Source: Macrostomum lignano (taxonomy: Eukaryota). From it: a stretch of 64,000 bases of DNA. Of this stretch, positions 1 through 12,119 are shown in pieces. The stretch lies in the NCBI GenBank assembly GCA_002269645.1, contig NIVC01000906.1, forward strand, positions 1 to 64,000, given 5' to 3'. Numbering within the stretch: position 1 is the first letter of the stretch; each line of letters begins with the position of its first letter. The position numbers and the translations under genes are program-made. The notes under the pieces are model-generated. The model had not been told where the DNA came from. It searched no databases and saw only the letters and a program-made list of their open reading frames with translations.

Positions 1-1165
1 AGTGCCGTGAGCTCGTACAGATAGATAGATATAGCTAAACTGTTACCTGCTGCAAGGCAAAGTTTGGGTGGAAGACAGAAGATAGGGTCTGTGAAGGTCC
101 TACACTAGAGCGATACGCAAATACACTCAATAATTCCTGCCTTGTACGTGCTAAACAAACTACGCGTATAACCACGGTTTTAATAATATATTGATTGATT
201 CACGTATACCTACCCTACCCACACGCGCAACTGTACTAAGTGCTAACCAACGAGTGTACGAAGTTGCGCCTCCTTTACTCGTGTACTTTTATCAGTAGGT
301 TCTGCTAAATCTACTACTCGTAATATGGTAATATAGTTGCCTGTTCCCTATAGCCCTTCACGAAATGAACGCATGACTGCATTAAAATGAAAAGTACACA
401 TACGAGTCCCTTAGTCTATGTGCATTGTACTTTTATGTGTTACCAGATCGGTATTATCGGAGGAGGGCCTTTGCTAGTCCTTATGATTATGAGCATCACC
501 ACCATGGCGGTAGCGGGGGGGGGCAGCCGCTAGTCCATTGACAATGAGAGCTCTATTACAATACAAATCTATTTATTCAACCTTATTTCACGCACGCACT
601 ACTAAGTGCAAAATACATCCATTGCGCTTGTACTTGCGTACTTTTACTATACTAATAGCTCTTACTAAAACTATACCCGTTCCCTACCGGTTCACGAACT
701 GGACGCATGGCCATTAAGTTTAAAAGTACATATAACACACGCTCCAACGTACGTCAAGCGCACTTTCGCATTTAACAGAACGGTTCAGAGTTTTCTACAA
801 CATTTCTCTCTGAAGACTAAGCTCACTCGCTTCTTCCTTCGCTGAAGCCAACAAACCCATGACAATTATTAGCATAAATTTAAACTAATAGAATACCCAA
901 GAGTTGACCGAATTCTAGTCCAGCTTGTGCAACCTCTGCACAAGTACGATTGCTAGTACGGTAATAAATAGTATAAAATCAAAATGTATCCTAATTGCTG
1001 ACCGAACTGAGTTTTCACACATCTATTCTCCCAAACTGGTGATAACCTACCGTCCAAACCTATCTACCTCTCTAACTGACTACCTATATATCTTCTTACC
1101 TATCTATCCAAACTATCAACCTACCTACCTACCAAATTATTCCTTACTGGGACTCTACATTTAAT

Positions 1166-1461
1166 CTAGGGCCCGCAAAGGCTCTCTATTCGGCTGTCGG
1201 GTACTTTCAGACTTCACAATAGCAATCCGGCCCGGTCAAGGTCTGTGTCTTGTCTCCCTTCTCGGCTCCCTTCTCTCGGATTTCCTATAGTTTTATTTTC
1301 TCTCCTCTCTCTCCTCTCTTCTCCTCTCCTCTCCTCTCCTATCCTTTCCTCTCGTCGTCTCTCTCTCCTATCTCTTCTCTATTCTCTATTCCCTCTCCAC
1401 TTCCCCCTCCTCGAGTGCGCTGGGTTCTCTGGCCCTTGACGTAAGAAGTTTGCCGACCCCC
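1166..1461 (-). mobile_element. Degenerate copy of a CAGGGG-TIR MITE (hAT-like), with an internal CT-rich tract
   Basis: 1168-1240 (gggcccgcaaaggctctctattcgg...cacaatagcaatccggcccggtcaa) is the reverse complement of 48685-48752. 1425-1461 (ggttctctggcccttgacgtaagaagtttgccgacccccg) is the reverse complement of 48154-48195. One TIR is eroded. Confidence 0.6.
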
Positions 1462-2265
1462 GATCTACGCTCGTAGGTGCTTATAAAGCCTTTACTGCTC
1501 TTATGAGCCTTCCTACCTCGAATCGACCTTATTCTTATATCAAACAATTCTTGACGTGTCATATTAGCACACAAATAGACTATAGTTATCTGTCTCTCCT
1601 CGCCTCTTTAACACCGCATGCTAGTCGGTAAACAGCGGAGTCCCAGCCAGAATTCGTATTTAGCAGTATAATACTGTCTTCTATAAAACTCCAAACTTCC
1701 GAAGGCCAGGCAGCTATGCGATATCCGATCATCAAACTGTGTGTTGTGAAACTGGAGCTGGCTAGCAGTACCCAGCCCAAGATGCACAAGGCCATCAGAG
1801 AAGAATGTAGTAAGCCACGCCCAAGGTTGAGGCTTGGTCTCAAGAACAGTGCCATTGTTCTGTAGTGTGGCAAAGCAAACACAAGCGTTTAGGCCAAGAT
1901 CTACTCTGTTTCAATGCGTTCGCGTAGCTTTCAGTTCTAAATAGGATTGCTTTGAAGCAAACGGCGAGGCGGGCTCCGTCAAATGCGATATGAGACGCAT
2001 GCAATGTGGCGCGTCACTCATGCTTTGCATTGAAAAGCCTGGCACGCCAAGTCGCTGCGCTGTGCAATAAAATATTACAGATTTTTGCATGCTACTGCTC
2101 GTGCTCAGCAAGAAATGCAACGCTCCGGATTTTAATCTCCAGGACATGACTTCCAGGGCAGGTTGGGGATGCGGATTAAGATTTTGCCTCAGATCGACAT
2201 AGGCTTAAGGCTTAGCGAAGGCTAGGATTGAGAGAGGGAGAGATAGAACAAGGGAGAGGCGGATG

Positions 2266-3054
<789 letters not shown>

Positions 3055-4117
3055 TGTCCACGAACTGTCCATTAATCCGAAGGAGAGGCAGGAGCGCCAA
3101 TTGATTCCTCATATCCGGCCCTGTCACTCTCCCATCTCGAGCTGCTGTGCTGCCAGCCAGCATGTCTCAGGGAAACTTGATCCTTTCCTTGCTTTCAGTC
3201 GTGGGCCGCGCCCCCCTCCCCCACCGCCGGCCCTCCATGCCTCGCGGAGTCGAATGGCTTCAATCCCGCATCTGCTAGCAGCCGGCCTGCATGCCAGAAG
3301 CAGCGTGGCACCCGGTCGTATCATACATGCATGTAGCTACATAGAAGAAGGCAAACATTTATTCTGCACAAGAAATTTGGCGTTTTTTTCTTGAACTTTC
3401 CTTTGGCTGACTCAGAGCAGAGCCTGTAGGCCATCAGAAGCGAGTAGCAAAAGTGAATGCAAAGCGTTAGAATGCAAAGGCACACTCTAAACGTGTTTTT
3501 CTCTGCCTTGGTTAGCAACCACTTCAGTCGCTGTGTTTCTCACGTTTGTTTTACTAATCTGTTTTCTCTGCATGGCTAGTATTGCTTCTGGTTTGTCAAT
3601 ATTTCTGGCTGTAGGAGTTTTCAACTTGTTGCTTAATACTATATTTATTAATCAAAGCTCCTGGTTCCTCGCGTAGTTTGATTTGTTCAGCTTCCCTGCG
3701 GGGGCCTTAATTATAAGTGACCTAAAACTCGTTTGTTTATAAGAAACAATCGAGTGACTCGGCCTCATTAGCATTCTGAGCGTTCTGTAACTGACCAATT
3801 AATTGGATTGGATCGAAGCAAGACTAGCAAAACTTGACCAGGGGCGGCTTCCCTAATGTAATCCTGCAATATGGGCCTTGTTTAAATTCACATACACATA
3901 CAGAAAACACTTGAAAATCAGTCAGGAAAATGAACTGATCAAGTTTTTTAGAACCGCAGAACGCGCTTATGATCTGTGATGCAATTTGTCATGTGGAAAC
4001 CAGAATCTATAGCCAGTTATTGATAAAACACACTTAACAGGTGATCAGTGACTTCCATCTGCAGCTAGATATGTGCTGTTAGACAAGCCTAATTTGTTCA
4101 CCTTTGTGTACGCAATT

Positions 4118-4625
4118 CACCTGTTAGACACGTAACCTCACCTGTTAGACACTTAATAACCTCACCCGTTAGACACCTAACCTCAGGTGTTAGACACCTA
4201 ACCTCAGGTGTTAGACACCTAACCTCAGGTGTTAGACATGTAGCCTCACCTGTTAGACATGTAACCCCATCTGTTAGACATGTAACCTCACCTGTTAGAC
4301 ATGTAACCCCATCTGTTAGACATGTAACCTCACCTGTTAGACATGTAACCTCACCTGTTTGACACTTAATAACCTCACCTGTTTGACACTTAATAACCTC
4401 ACCCGTTAGACACCTAACCTCAGGTGTTAGACACCTAACCTCAGGTGTTAGACATGTAGCCTCACCTGTTAGACATGTAACCCCATCTGTTAGACATGTA
4501 ACCTCACCTGTTAGACACGCAACTTCACCTGTTAGACACTCAAATTCACCTGTTAGGCACTCAAATTCACCTGTTAGACACTCAACTTCACCTGTTAGAT
4601 ACTCAAATTCACCTGTTAGACATGC
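4118..4625. repeat. Minisatellite, 21-bp unit with 24-bp variants (cacctgttagacatgtaacct)
   Basis: Visible tandem units; the ORF at 4098-4706 is just the CLTGEVT repeat. Confidence 0.95.
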
Positions 4626-5392
4626 AAATTGATCTAATAAACACAACTTCACTTTGAACAGCAGCCCACACCCGTGAGACAAACTGTTCCAAAGTCTAAC
4701 TGGCAAAGTAACTAACTTGAAAAAATAACTACGCTCGTAACAGGTAAATGTGTTCTAGAGTGTAAAGTCACTTCACTTATCAAGAGAATGTAAACTTATC
4801 AAAAAAAATTAACAAACATTATTATTCTACTGTTAGTAAAACATTTTGCGCATGCCTGCGATAAGAATGACGTAAATACTCTCCATGTACATTATTAGTC
4901 CGGTTAGTATTACATGAAAAAAGCTATTTTTAGGTGCAAAAACACAAATTCTGTTGCTAAAATGGTTAAAAATCTGCTGTCGGCAGTTTTTAAAAGATAT
5001 TTTTAGCAAGTACGAGCGTACCGGTAAATTCACAGTGACGTAAACTGTTTTTGCTTCTATATGCTCATGGAATTACATTTTTTTGGTTTTTGAAACTTAA
5101 CTTTCTAAATTAGTACCTGCGTTAAACTTCTCATGCAAATTGAAAGAACTTTTTCACTTGAAACAGATTTTGTACGCAAATTTTCAAATAATTTTAGCGT
5201 TACAAATTAATCTAAAATAGTTTGGGCTCAAAATAATTTTCACTCATATCAAAATTTTTTGGCACTCTTTATAATTCAGTTTTGCATTGTGCTACTTTAT
5301 ATCCAGTTGCATGCAGACCCAACAGGACCAACAGGACCAAATTGTCAAACTTCAATTATTGGAAATATTGATAACAATATAGTCAGAATCCT

Positions 5393-5986
5393 CAGGCGCG
5401 TCGGCACCGGGGGAGACGGGGACATGTCCCCCAAGTAAAAGCTGATGGGGGACATGCCAATGCTTTGTGCCCCCACCCCGCCTTGTGACCAGTTGTGGTA
5501 ATCAATAATTTTTCTTCAGGGTACCAAAATATAGCGCTTTCGGCGCCAAAATGAGTGCCTGTGGCGCTAAAAGGAGTGCCTGTGGCGCTAAAATGAGTGC
5601 CTGTGGCGCTAAAATGAGTGCCTGTGGTGCTTAAATGAGTGCCTGCGGCGCTAAAATGAGTGCCTGCTCGCTAAAATGAGTGCCTGCGGCGCTAAAATGA
5701 GTGCCTGCGGCGCCAAAATGAGTGCCTGCGGCGCTAAAATGAGTGCCTGCGGCGCCAAAATGAGTGCCTGCGGCGCTAAAATGAGTGCCTGCGGCGCCAA
5801 AATGAGTGCCTGTGGCGCTAAAAGGAGTGCTTGCGGCGCTAAAATGAGTGCCTGCGGCGCTAAAATGAGCGCAGAGAACACGTTTCTCAAAATATTGGAA
5901 ATGTTGAAATTTAGTCATGTACCATGTACATGTTGAATTCTTGGCTTTGTCCCCCTTCCACCATAAAATCCATGGCGTTGCCCTTG
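5393..5986. mobile_element. Putative non-autonomous element enclosing a 21-bp minisatellite (gcgctaaaatgagtgcctgcg, about 5536-5870)
   Basis: GC-rich ends in AT-rich DNA, a perfect palindrome ggggacatgtcccc at about 5418-5431, and gtccccc near the right end. The TIR match is weak and no TSD was found. The minisatellite itself is certain. Confidence 0.4.
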
Positions 5987-6411
5987 GAATACTTTTATAA
6001 CATTTTCAGTTTATTTACCTAACAGACATGCCAAAAAATTCTTGGCTTTGAAACTGTACAATCGGGAACTTACAGCAAAAAAAATATAAGAACTCAATTT
6101 TACGAGTACTTAATGTTCTAATCAGTTATTTTACATGAATTATGCATTAATTAAAACTCAACGGCAACAGAGAGTCACTGGAAGTATAAATAAGCATCAT
6201 TCAATACGAAATATGAGAATATTCAAGAGTGAAAAGTAGATATAAACCTACAATTGTCTAGAGCTGATATTTTTCTGAGAACCTATCAGACCCAAACCAT
6301 ATAATTAAAGCGTATTGTAGATCTGAACCTTTTTAATAATTTACCACAGATTCAATGAAAGCTCAATTAAAAAGGCAGTTTTATAGCAAAAAGTTAATAT
6401 TCAGTCTGACA

Positions 6412-8052
6412 CTACTCAACGCGATGGGATTTTAAAGTAAGCGTCACGACCACCGCGACAATAACCGGGGAGAGCGGAATCGCCACTGCCACCAGAGCGA
6501 CAGCCGCGGCCAGCAGGACCGACAGGCCGACTGTGGGCACCAGGATGAGTCCAAGGATGCGCAGAACTGAAATAATCAATATCAAGTTCTGACTGAACAT
6601 TCAGAATGAAATCATAATTAATTATGGTCGCCCGTTCACTGCTTTACGATCGTTGCAGTCCTCTGGACGGCGACTCTTACCGAAAAGGGAGCCTCGAACG
6701 AGTCGTCGAAGTCTCGGCCTGTTGGGCAGGAACTTCTCACGGCAGCCGAACACGCTCAGCCGATTCGAGTGCGAGCCGAACACGCTCCAGCGGAAATAGG
6801 GGATCTTCAGCTGCGGGATCCGCCACCGCTTGCTGCACAGGTAGCAGAACTCGTGCTCGCAGTGCGCGCACGTCATGTGATTGCAGCCGTCGTTCTTCTC
6901 AATCATCGCCTTGCACTTCGGACACCGGCGGGCCTTCCTCAGACCCGACTGCTCCAGCTGCTTGGCCCAGTCCTCCAGCAGGTGCACTCCCGACCGGAAC
7001 CTGCGGCACGAGAGTCCCGGATGCGCCGGCGAGTGACAGTCGAAGCACCAGACGTAGTCGCACTGGGCGCACTTCACCGTGACGCCTCCGTGCTCCTTCT
7101 GCCACCTGCCGTTGCGCAGCCGCATCCGCCTGCTGGGACGCTGGGTCAGACAGCTGCACCTCGGACAGTCTCGTTCGCTGCTGCTGTTGCCGCCGCGTTG
7201 TCTGGCGAGCAGCTGCTCCCGGCGATTCATGGCCGAGTCGCTGAGCAGGTGGCGCAGCTGCGGCACCGTCAGCACGGCTGAGCAGCCCGGGCAGCCGAGC
7301 TTCGCGCCCACCTCCATCAGGTGGTCAGTGAGCCAGCGGTGCAGGCAGAACACGCAGACGGAGGTCTGGCAGCAGCCGCCGAGCCACAGCAGGCTGTCGT
7401 CCTCGCTGCAGCAGATGTCGCACTGGCCCAGCCTGTACTCGCCTTCCGACTCGTCCCGGGCTCCGGCCCGCTCGCTGAGCTCGTGCATCGACGCGGTGAA
7501 CAGGTTGTAAAATTCGGAGCTCGCCGCGCTGTCCTGCAGCTGCTGGTGGCAGGCGGGCCAGGCCTGCAGTCTCGGCAGGATGTTCGCAGCAGAGCTGCAC
7601 TCCAGCAGTTCCACTATGGGCTCTCCGTTTGCGCAGGCAACTTTGCCGATCGAGTGGACGATGTCGAAAAGCGACGAGCGGGGCAAGTCGGCGAACATGG
7701 CGTCGCCCAGCTCCTCGTGCAGCAGCCGCATGGTCAGCGCCAAGCTCGCTTCCTGCGTCACAGACTGGAGGTTGTCGTCGGTAGCTTCACTGCCAGCGGA
7801 CGAGCGCTCTTCAGTTTCAGAGACATCGCTGTCTCGATGTTCTCCGAAGTAATTGCGAGTAATTTCCAACACCCGCTGTCGATCTTCATCTGACAGCGCC
7901 GCCATCTGCTCCGGACTGTCCATTATCTCAAGGGCGGACGCAATGACGGCTTCGTTGATTTCAGCATCAACAGGTGACGATTCAATCGACGCCGCTTCGA
8001 TGTTGATCGAATTTATGGACACCTCGTCCAGAGACGCTACTTGTGAGCTCAT
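6412..8052 (-). CDS. RNF217: RBR-family E3 ubiquitin ligase, RNF217-like (RING1-IBR-RING2 plus C-terminal TM)
   Basis: Exon 8052-6681, phase-1 intron 6680-6567 (GTAAGA...tttcAG), exon 6566-6412. RING1 CDICC...CVFC...CPGC; IBR CPRC...CAQC...CFDC...HPGLSC; RING2 CPKC...GCNHMTC...FCYLC. The segment HSNRLSVFGC...LPNRPRLRRLVRGS followed by a hydrophobic tail matches the RNF217 C-terminus as I recall it. Confidence 0.88.
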
Positions 8053-9029
8053 ACTTCTTTCTTTCTGCCAATAACTTTTTAAGAGCTTTGTGTAGGCAGA
8101 TGCAGACGAGTTTCTTTTCTCGAGCCTCTCTTCTTTTCAGTAGGGCCGTTTATAAAGATTGAATGGCGTGGTCAGACGAGGTGCTGTGTAGCCTGTCGCG
8201 AGTTCACCTCATGGGCAGTTTCGCTTTACTTAACAACAGGAGTGCGCCTGCAGGTGAGTCAGAGCTATAATTAGAATACTTTGCGCACAGAAATTCAGCA
8301 GATAAAACCGCTGCTAGGGCAGAAGAAAGCGTCAAAGGTGCACATTATTGTGCATATTGCTGTGCGTCTACAGCATGGGCCATGCTGTACTTCTTTATAC
8401 TGTTTAGCTAAAACTTGTCTCCGAGAGTTAAGAAGCAAACAGCCTTGTTTATACAGCTTTCAGACGGTGACAGTGTTCCACACAGCCTGCGCTACTATCT
8501 GCATGTACATGTAGCAGTGTCAAATTATGCATCAAGGATATCCAAACTCTCGTGCCGAAGTCACTGACGTGTGCAGTCTAGTTACCTTGGGGTCTCGCGA
8601 AAGAAAAAAATTGCCGGGTGGTTTGTCGTACGATTCTGGTTTTTGAAGGGCGACCCCTTTGGAAAGCTCGACGATTCGAAAGTCACAGTGCACCCTGTGT
8701 GAGCATGTGTATGCCAGATAGTGCGTGTGCGTGTCTGCATACAGTACTGCTTGTATGTGCTCAGTAGTCAGTGGAAAGGGGCGGAATTGCCTCAGCTCTG
8801 GTTGTGAGACCATGTCGCTGAAGGCCTTCTGCGAGAGTGAGTATACAGCCCTCCTGCGGATATTATTGCATATACATATACTCAGGGTTAGGGTGGTTAA
8901 ATTTATGGCTCAATGGGTTGTTGAGAATCCATGTTTGAGTTCAAATCGACTTCGAAATGATTTGATTGCAACTGCACTTTTCAGCCTTGCAAATTTTAAA
9001 TCTAACAAAACTTCTTTGTATATTGCATG

Positions 9030-9200
9030 CAGGGCCCTGCTTGGACCAAACCGAAGGGATATCAGGGCGGTGATCATGGACCTCTCAGGCCTGCGGAAGA
9101 ATCCGCAGTGAGAGGCACACCCATTCTGCTTCTCCGGTGTTGAGAATGCAAAGCACTTCATCTGTGAATGCCCCGCCTTTACTCAGGGACAGCTCACCTA
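9030..9200 (+). mobile_element. 3' fragment of non-LTR retrotransposon (LINE) ORF2, C-terminal CCHC knuckle
   Basis: In-frame translation LLGPNRRDIRAVIMDLSG...*EAHPFCFSGVENAKHFICECPAF gives C-x8-H-x4-C with the first Cys lost and an internal stop at 9109-9111. Confidence 0.6.
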
Positions 9201-9910
9201 TACCTCTATACCTAGACTATACCTCCGCTGTATCCGGATGCCTGGAACCACCTAAGCTAAATTAAGTAAGTAAAGCCAAGAGACATTCGCCGAATACTAC
9301 TGAGTAAGTAGAACAGATAAGGTTTGAATTTCGATCTTGCCTATCATCCAGGCCACAACGCAGATATACCTGTAGCTGCCTCTCAACCCTTGCATTGCAC
9401 CCTAGCAGCCGATGGCTATGAAAACAGCCAAGGCCCGCAGCTCATCCCACCAGTGAGCTCATTAAAAATGCATAGAGCTGCAACAACTGATCAGGAAATA
9501 GGAGGATGGGGATGGGAATCACGTCGATGGGGACCGATCAAGAGACATAAAGCAACTTCAATAGCGATGATGACGCAGGAAGCCTGCAGAGCTGTGGCCT
9601 CCGCGTCAAATAAAATGCAGCTGATTAATGGCAATTGCTGGCCACCCCACTGAGTACCCGAGCGCAGCCCATCAACGCTTTGCCCGCATCTCATACCAAA
9701 CAAGCGAGCTCCCCTGTCGCAACATCCAAGCCACTCCCCTCCCCACTCCGCTGCTCCCGTCGCTACGGAGAGCCAGAGAAGACAAGCTGAAGCAATTTAG
9801 TCGGCAAAAAGCCGACGGCAAAAACCCACGCGCAACATCTCATGCTCAGTACCGCTAAGCCGCTAAGCAAAATGGAATCACCGGGCAAAACCCACAGCTG
9901 CAAAATCATC

Positions 9911-10913
9911 ATGACAGCCGCTCTTCTTCTGCTGTTGCCTCTTGCTGACTCGGCAACGAGCTGCAGCAGACGCTGGTGCCAGTACCGAATGCCGCACTGC
10001 CTCGACGAGACCTCGGCGCTGACTCGATGGAGCTCGCAAAGCCTGCAAGCCTGCGTGTTGAAAGCGAGCAGCGAGCCTGACGACCTGGTGCTTGAGTGGA
10101 ACAAGCAGACAGGTGTGTGCTCGCTCTTCCACTACCAGCAGGTGTGTCGCACGATGCAGGCAAGCGGTGCCGTCGCGATCGGAGCTGGAGCTGCAGTGCA
10201 GCAGTCGCAGTGCTCGGTGTATCGTGCGTTGTCGTTGGCGAGCTGCGACGCCTCGCTCGACGCTCAGCTGGTGGGCGTGTGGCTGGCAGGTGGGAGCAGC
10301 CGGTTCAGCAACCTGGTGTGCCAGAGCGACAGCGGCGGCGGCGGCGGCCACCGACTGGAGAGTGCGAACCTGCAGTGGACTGAGGAGGGCGCCCGCTTCG
10401 ACGGGACATCGTCGTACTCGCTTCGTCTCGAGCGACCCGTCGGCCAGCTTCACGTGGCTGATGAGGCTTAGTAGGCAGCCGAGGATCCAGCCCTTCATGG
10501 AGGCTGTGTCCTGCTCAGACTGGGTTACGTATGGGGCCCACGTTTGGGAGTACGATTCGGCTAATCGAGTTTACTTTGCAAAGATGATATCAAATTCCGA
10601 AAGCAACAGGTTCGTGCTGTACTCCGACCATCAAAATCTGCTGCCAGCCAGCAACGAGTCGTGGATCAACATCGGGGTCACCGTCAAAGCCGGCAACTTC
10701 GCCCTTTCGTCAATGTACTTTAACGGCAATTTTGTCTCTGTCAACGAAGACAATTGGAATGCCAATCATCAGCTGCCCTGCCAGTTTTTGTCGGTGGGTC
10801 GCAGGTTTACCGGAGAAGGCGCCAGTCTCAATGGAGTTGTTCGGGCCGTGGCTGTTGCCAACACCTCAATGACGCTGGCCGAAATCAATGAGTTTTTCTC
10901 TGTGCTACCGTGA
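9911..10913 (+). CDS. Secreted protein: signal peptide, Cys-containing PAN/apple-like module and LamG/ConA-like domain; one +1 frameshift near 10420-10445 (pseudogene or assembly indel)
   Basis: ATG 9911 [15 protein letters not shown]...; frame 2 runs to ARFDGTSSYSLRL; frame 3 continues SFTWLMRL...WINIGVTV...MYFNG...LSVGRR...LNGVVRAVAVANTSMTLAEI to TGA 10911-10913. The span is 1003 nt (3n+1). Confidence 0.6.
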
Positions 10914-11491
10914 AAAGCTTGGCCGCTTGAGTCGGCCATCGCACCCAGAGAAGAAATCCGGTATCAATGATTTGAAACAGTTTTCTGACAGTTGTCTAAA
11001 TGATGAAACAGCTCTAATTAGTTCTAATATTCGTCAAACCCCAGAGAGTACATGCATGCAGTACAGTGCAAATAAAACTGACAAATGCATATTAACAAAT
11101 CTGTTCAAGACGTATTTTCCAGCTATATAAAATATTTGCTTCGTTAATTAGAGCAATATGTAAACCTCAGCTGTTGTAGTCAGTCGCTCGTCGTACATTA
11201 GCACAATAATAAAAAAAACATTATATTTGACGTTTCATGTCACACAATAAATGCTTATTTTCAATTTCAATTTATAAAAACAACTGCTCATTGATAAAAT
11301 GCGAGAAAACGGTTTAAAAAATATTAAATTCTTAAATACAAATACTAATTGCAAATAGCTACGGTACCAGTTGCTGATTCAAGTCCGGCACGGCAAACAT
11401 GACGTTCGGCCTCTGAGACTGAAATTTGAAAACGGGAGCAAGAATTTTACATTCGAAAAAATTAATTTACGCTTCTTCGTTTGCTGTTAGG

Positions 11492-11810
11492 GTGGCCCAG
11501 CAACTGGGAATCTGGGAGGCTGGCGGCCCAGCAACGAGAGGATCTGGGAGGCTGCTGACCCAGCAACTGAGGATCTGGGAGGCTGTGGCCCAGCAACTGA
11601 GGATCTGGGAGGCTGCTGACCCAGCAACTGAGGATCTGGGAGGCTGTGGCCCAGCGACTGGGGATCTGGGAGGCTGGCCCAGAAACTGAGGATCTAAGAG
11701 GCTGGCCCAGCAACTGAGGATCTAAGAGGCTGGCCCAGCAACTGAGGATCTGGAAGGCTGGTTCAGAAACTGAGAATCTGGGAGAGTAGCGGTAGTCTAG
11801 CAACTGAGGT
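11492..11810. repeat. Minisatellite, about 28-31-bp unit (cccagcaactgaggatctgggaggctg)
   Basis: About 10 visible, progressively diverging tandem units. Confidence 0.9.
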
Positions 11811-12119
11811 TGATCGCAGATTTGGTAGGGTGGAAAGCACGAATGCCTTGCAATCGCAACCAATGACGGACAAATTACATGTATTGTAAGACAGATCAGT
11901 TGTGATGATGCTGGCAATAAAAGTATGACTAAAGTAAAGAATAGCTAACTGCCTAGACATTGAATTCTAGCAACATCTAGGAGCCGAAGACATGATTTTG
12001 AGAAAATAATAGAATTTGCTATTAATAAAGAATAACCAAGTAAGATTTAGCAGTGTAAAGATTGGTCTTTACCCATGTACATCAGAGTCTGACCGAATGC
12101 TCCACTCGATTTTAGAGTT

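Noticed and set aside
1480-2150. Possible LINE or Penelope fragment on the minus strand (RISHSCLAFGSL; TRQELFDIRI; IEDSIILLN)
   Set aside because: The motif resemblances are short, in different frames and not in a consistent order; unsupported without a profile search.
6624-7893. Plus-strand ORFs overlapping RNF217, and similar antisense or alternate-frame ORFs over 9763-10498, 20155-20709, 42118-44877 and 57315-57759
   Set aside because: They are shadows of GC-rich coding sequence on the other strand or frame, with no independent motifs.
8532-8813. 93-aa minus-strand ORF upstream of RNF217
   Set aside because: No recognisable protein motif. It ends near a donor-like AAG|GTAACT (8586) and may be a 5' UTR exon, but I cannot support that.
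10414-10447. 34-nt GT-AG micro-intron that would repair the LamG gene frame
   Set aside because: It is very short, has a poor donor and no pyrimidine tract, and would delete the residues after FDGT that normally form a LamG strand. An indel is more likely.
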